A stretch of 64,000 nt of DNA from Cycas panzhihuaensis (taxonomy: Eukaryota; Plantae; Cycadophyta), in contig CM041465.1 of NCBI GenBank assembly GCA_023213395.1, forward strand, positions 158,417,741 through 158,481,740. Direction: 5' to 3'. The notes beneath the pieces were generated by a model. It was not told where the DNA came from and searched no databases. It was given only the letters and a program-made list of their open reading frames with translations. How positions within the stretch are numbered: position 1 is the first letter of the stretch; every line of letters begins with the position of its first letter. Positions 62,287 to 64,000 of the stretch are shown piece after piece. Made by a program: the position numbers and the translations under genes.

Positions 62287-64000
62287 AAGATTTGCCTGTC
62301 TTGAATCATGTTATGAGCCATCTCCATGATTGTTCTATTCTTTCGTTTGGCAACTCCGTTAGACTGTGGTGTGTAAGGAGTTGTAAATTGTCTACATATT
62401 CTGTGTGTCTTGTAAAAATTTAGAAATTCCTTTGAAATATATTCTCCTCTGCCATTTGACCTGATGCATTTTATTCTTGATCTGGGTTATAGCTCGACTT
62501 CGGCCTTAAATTCTTTGAACTTTTCAAAGACCTCAAATTTATTGTAGAGAAAATAAATTCATACTTTTCTAGCAAAGTCATCAATGAATGTTAAAAAATA
62601 TTTAGCGCCATTGATTGAATGAGGACAAAGAGGTCCACATAAGTTAGTATGTATCAATTCTAATTTATTTTGAGCTCGCCATTCATTTTTCTTAAAAGAA
62701 AGATGGTGTTGTTTCCCAAGCAGACAACTTTTACAAACAAAATGATGAAATGTAATATTTGGAAGTCCATCAACCATTTCTTATTTGTGCAACTACTCTA
62801 ATCTATCTAAGGAGATGTGCCCATACTTCAAATGCCACAATTTATTATTGTCAATATTTGTTGCAATGTATGCTTTTACATCCTTATTCGCAATTATAGG
62901 ATTAGAAAGTAACCTATATAGATCATTACTTTCTATCCCTTTTGCAATTATAGAACCATTTTTCTTCATATCTGAAATGTAACAATGCCTTCCTCGTCAA
63001 ATATGGTCCTCAACTTTTTCTTTCCGAGCTGAGAGACAGAAATAAGGTTCTTTTTCAACCCAGGCATAGAGTACATTTCCAACTTTTTGTACACTGCCCT
63101 TTAATTTAATGGCTATGGTCCCAACTCCTTTGATATTCAGGGGATACTTGTCCCCTGATTCAACAAACTTCTTAGAGGAGTAGGGTTTAAGTGGCTCAAA
63201 CCAATCCTTTCGCCCTATCATATGTATTGAGGCTCCAGAGTCGATGTACCACACTTCTTCATCTTCAAGGTTGACGATGAGTGTGACGATGAAGGCTATC
63301 TCTTTCTCATCTTTATCAGTTTCTTCTTTGCTGTGATTTCCCATTAGTCGCTTCCCTATCTGGATTTCAACTTTCCTTTGCATGCATTGGTAGGGGTAAT
63401 GCCTTGACTAACCACAATGGTAGCATACATTGAATGCTTTGCAATTGCTCAAGAAATGGCCAGGTTTTTCGCAATTGAAGCAAACTCTTACATCTCTAGG
63501 GGGTATTGAGCGACCTGGTCCTCTATTCTCCTGCCATCTTCCACGAGACTGGTTTCTGGTTTCTAGAATTCGTGCACGTCCACAAGCTTGCCCTCTTCCT
63601 CTGGGTCCTATATTAAGTTTAGTTCCAAAAGCATCTTCTATTTCAAATACATCTTCATATTGTTTGTTCCTCTTCTCCTGTCTTAACAATAACCCAGTTA
63701 AAGTATCAAGAGACATTGTGTCAATTTGATTACTATTGGTTATTGTATTAACTATGATATCAAATGGTTTTGGAAGCTTGTTTGTTATCATCTCAACAAT
63801 TTCTTGTTCTATTATGCTTGCTCCAACACTCCATAGGTCATTTCTAATCGAAATGACTTTGTGAATGAATTCTGAAACTATCTCTGTTTCCTTCATGTAT
63901 AGTTTGAATAATTCTTCTTTGAGGGCTATGATCCTGGCCCGATTCTTTTGACTATACATGTTTTCAAACATGTTCCAAATTGCAGAAGATGAATTCAATT

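Larger units (their letters stand above)
55291..64000 (-). mobile_element. Copia I (3' LTR 55291-55484), interrupted by element J, extends beyond the window
   Basis: TGTCAAGA..tcttaaCA; PPT complement ccctctctt; RNase H/RT 55500-57035 (YVDDMILTG); IN 57270-57662 resuming 62287-62777; PR WYIDSGASIHM; gag with zinc knuckles 63408-63998. Confidence 0.9.

Overview
AT-rich land-plant nuclear DNA. A non-flowering lineage such as a fern, lycophyte or gymnosperm is my inference, not something the sequence proves. Over 85% of the window is nested LTR retrotransposons, which I named myself. Nest 1 (1-19060): old Copia A, interrupted by a chromodomain Gypsy (which itself carries element L) and by a degenerate insert carrying Copia B. 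Host gene: one minus-strand ankyrin-repeat gene with intact exons at 21661-21027 and 20886-20099, plus a decayed upstream reading frame at about 23018-22060. Everything from about 23.0 kb onward may lie in one TE-inflated intron. Nest 2: element K (23617-27766), then Copia C > Copia D > Copia E (27781-43636). Nest 3: Copia F fragment, then Copia H carrying Copia G and Copia I, with element J inside Copia I (44818-64000). Two things stand out. (1) Three pol-less LTR elements (L, K, J) have tRNA-Met PBS, PPT and 5-bp TSDs. Each places a mosaic leader between the PBS and a Gag-fusion ORF or its remnant. Host-gene fragments are recognisable in L (GGPPS small subunit) and J (Cys/His-rich domain), and the J and K ORFs share an unrecognised C-terminal NI..R.(K/R)(K/R)WKFK motif. 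(2) Conserved 330-380 nt structured RNA elements with covarying stems (GNRA loops in the D/F type) sit just upstream of the gag AUG in two long-UTR Copia lineages; they are IRES or packaging-signal candidates.
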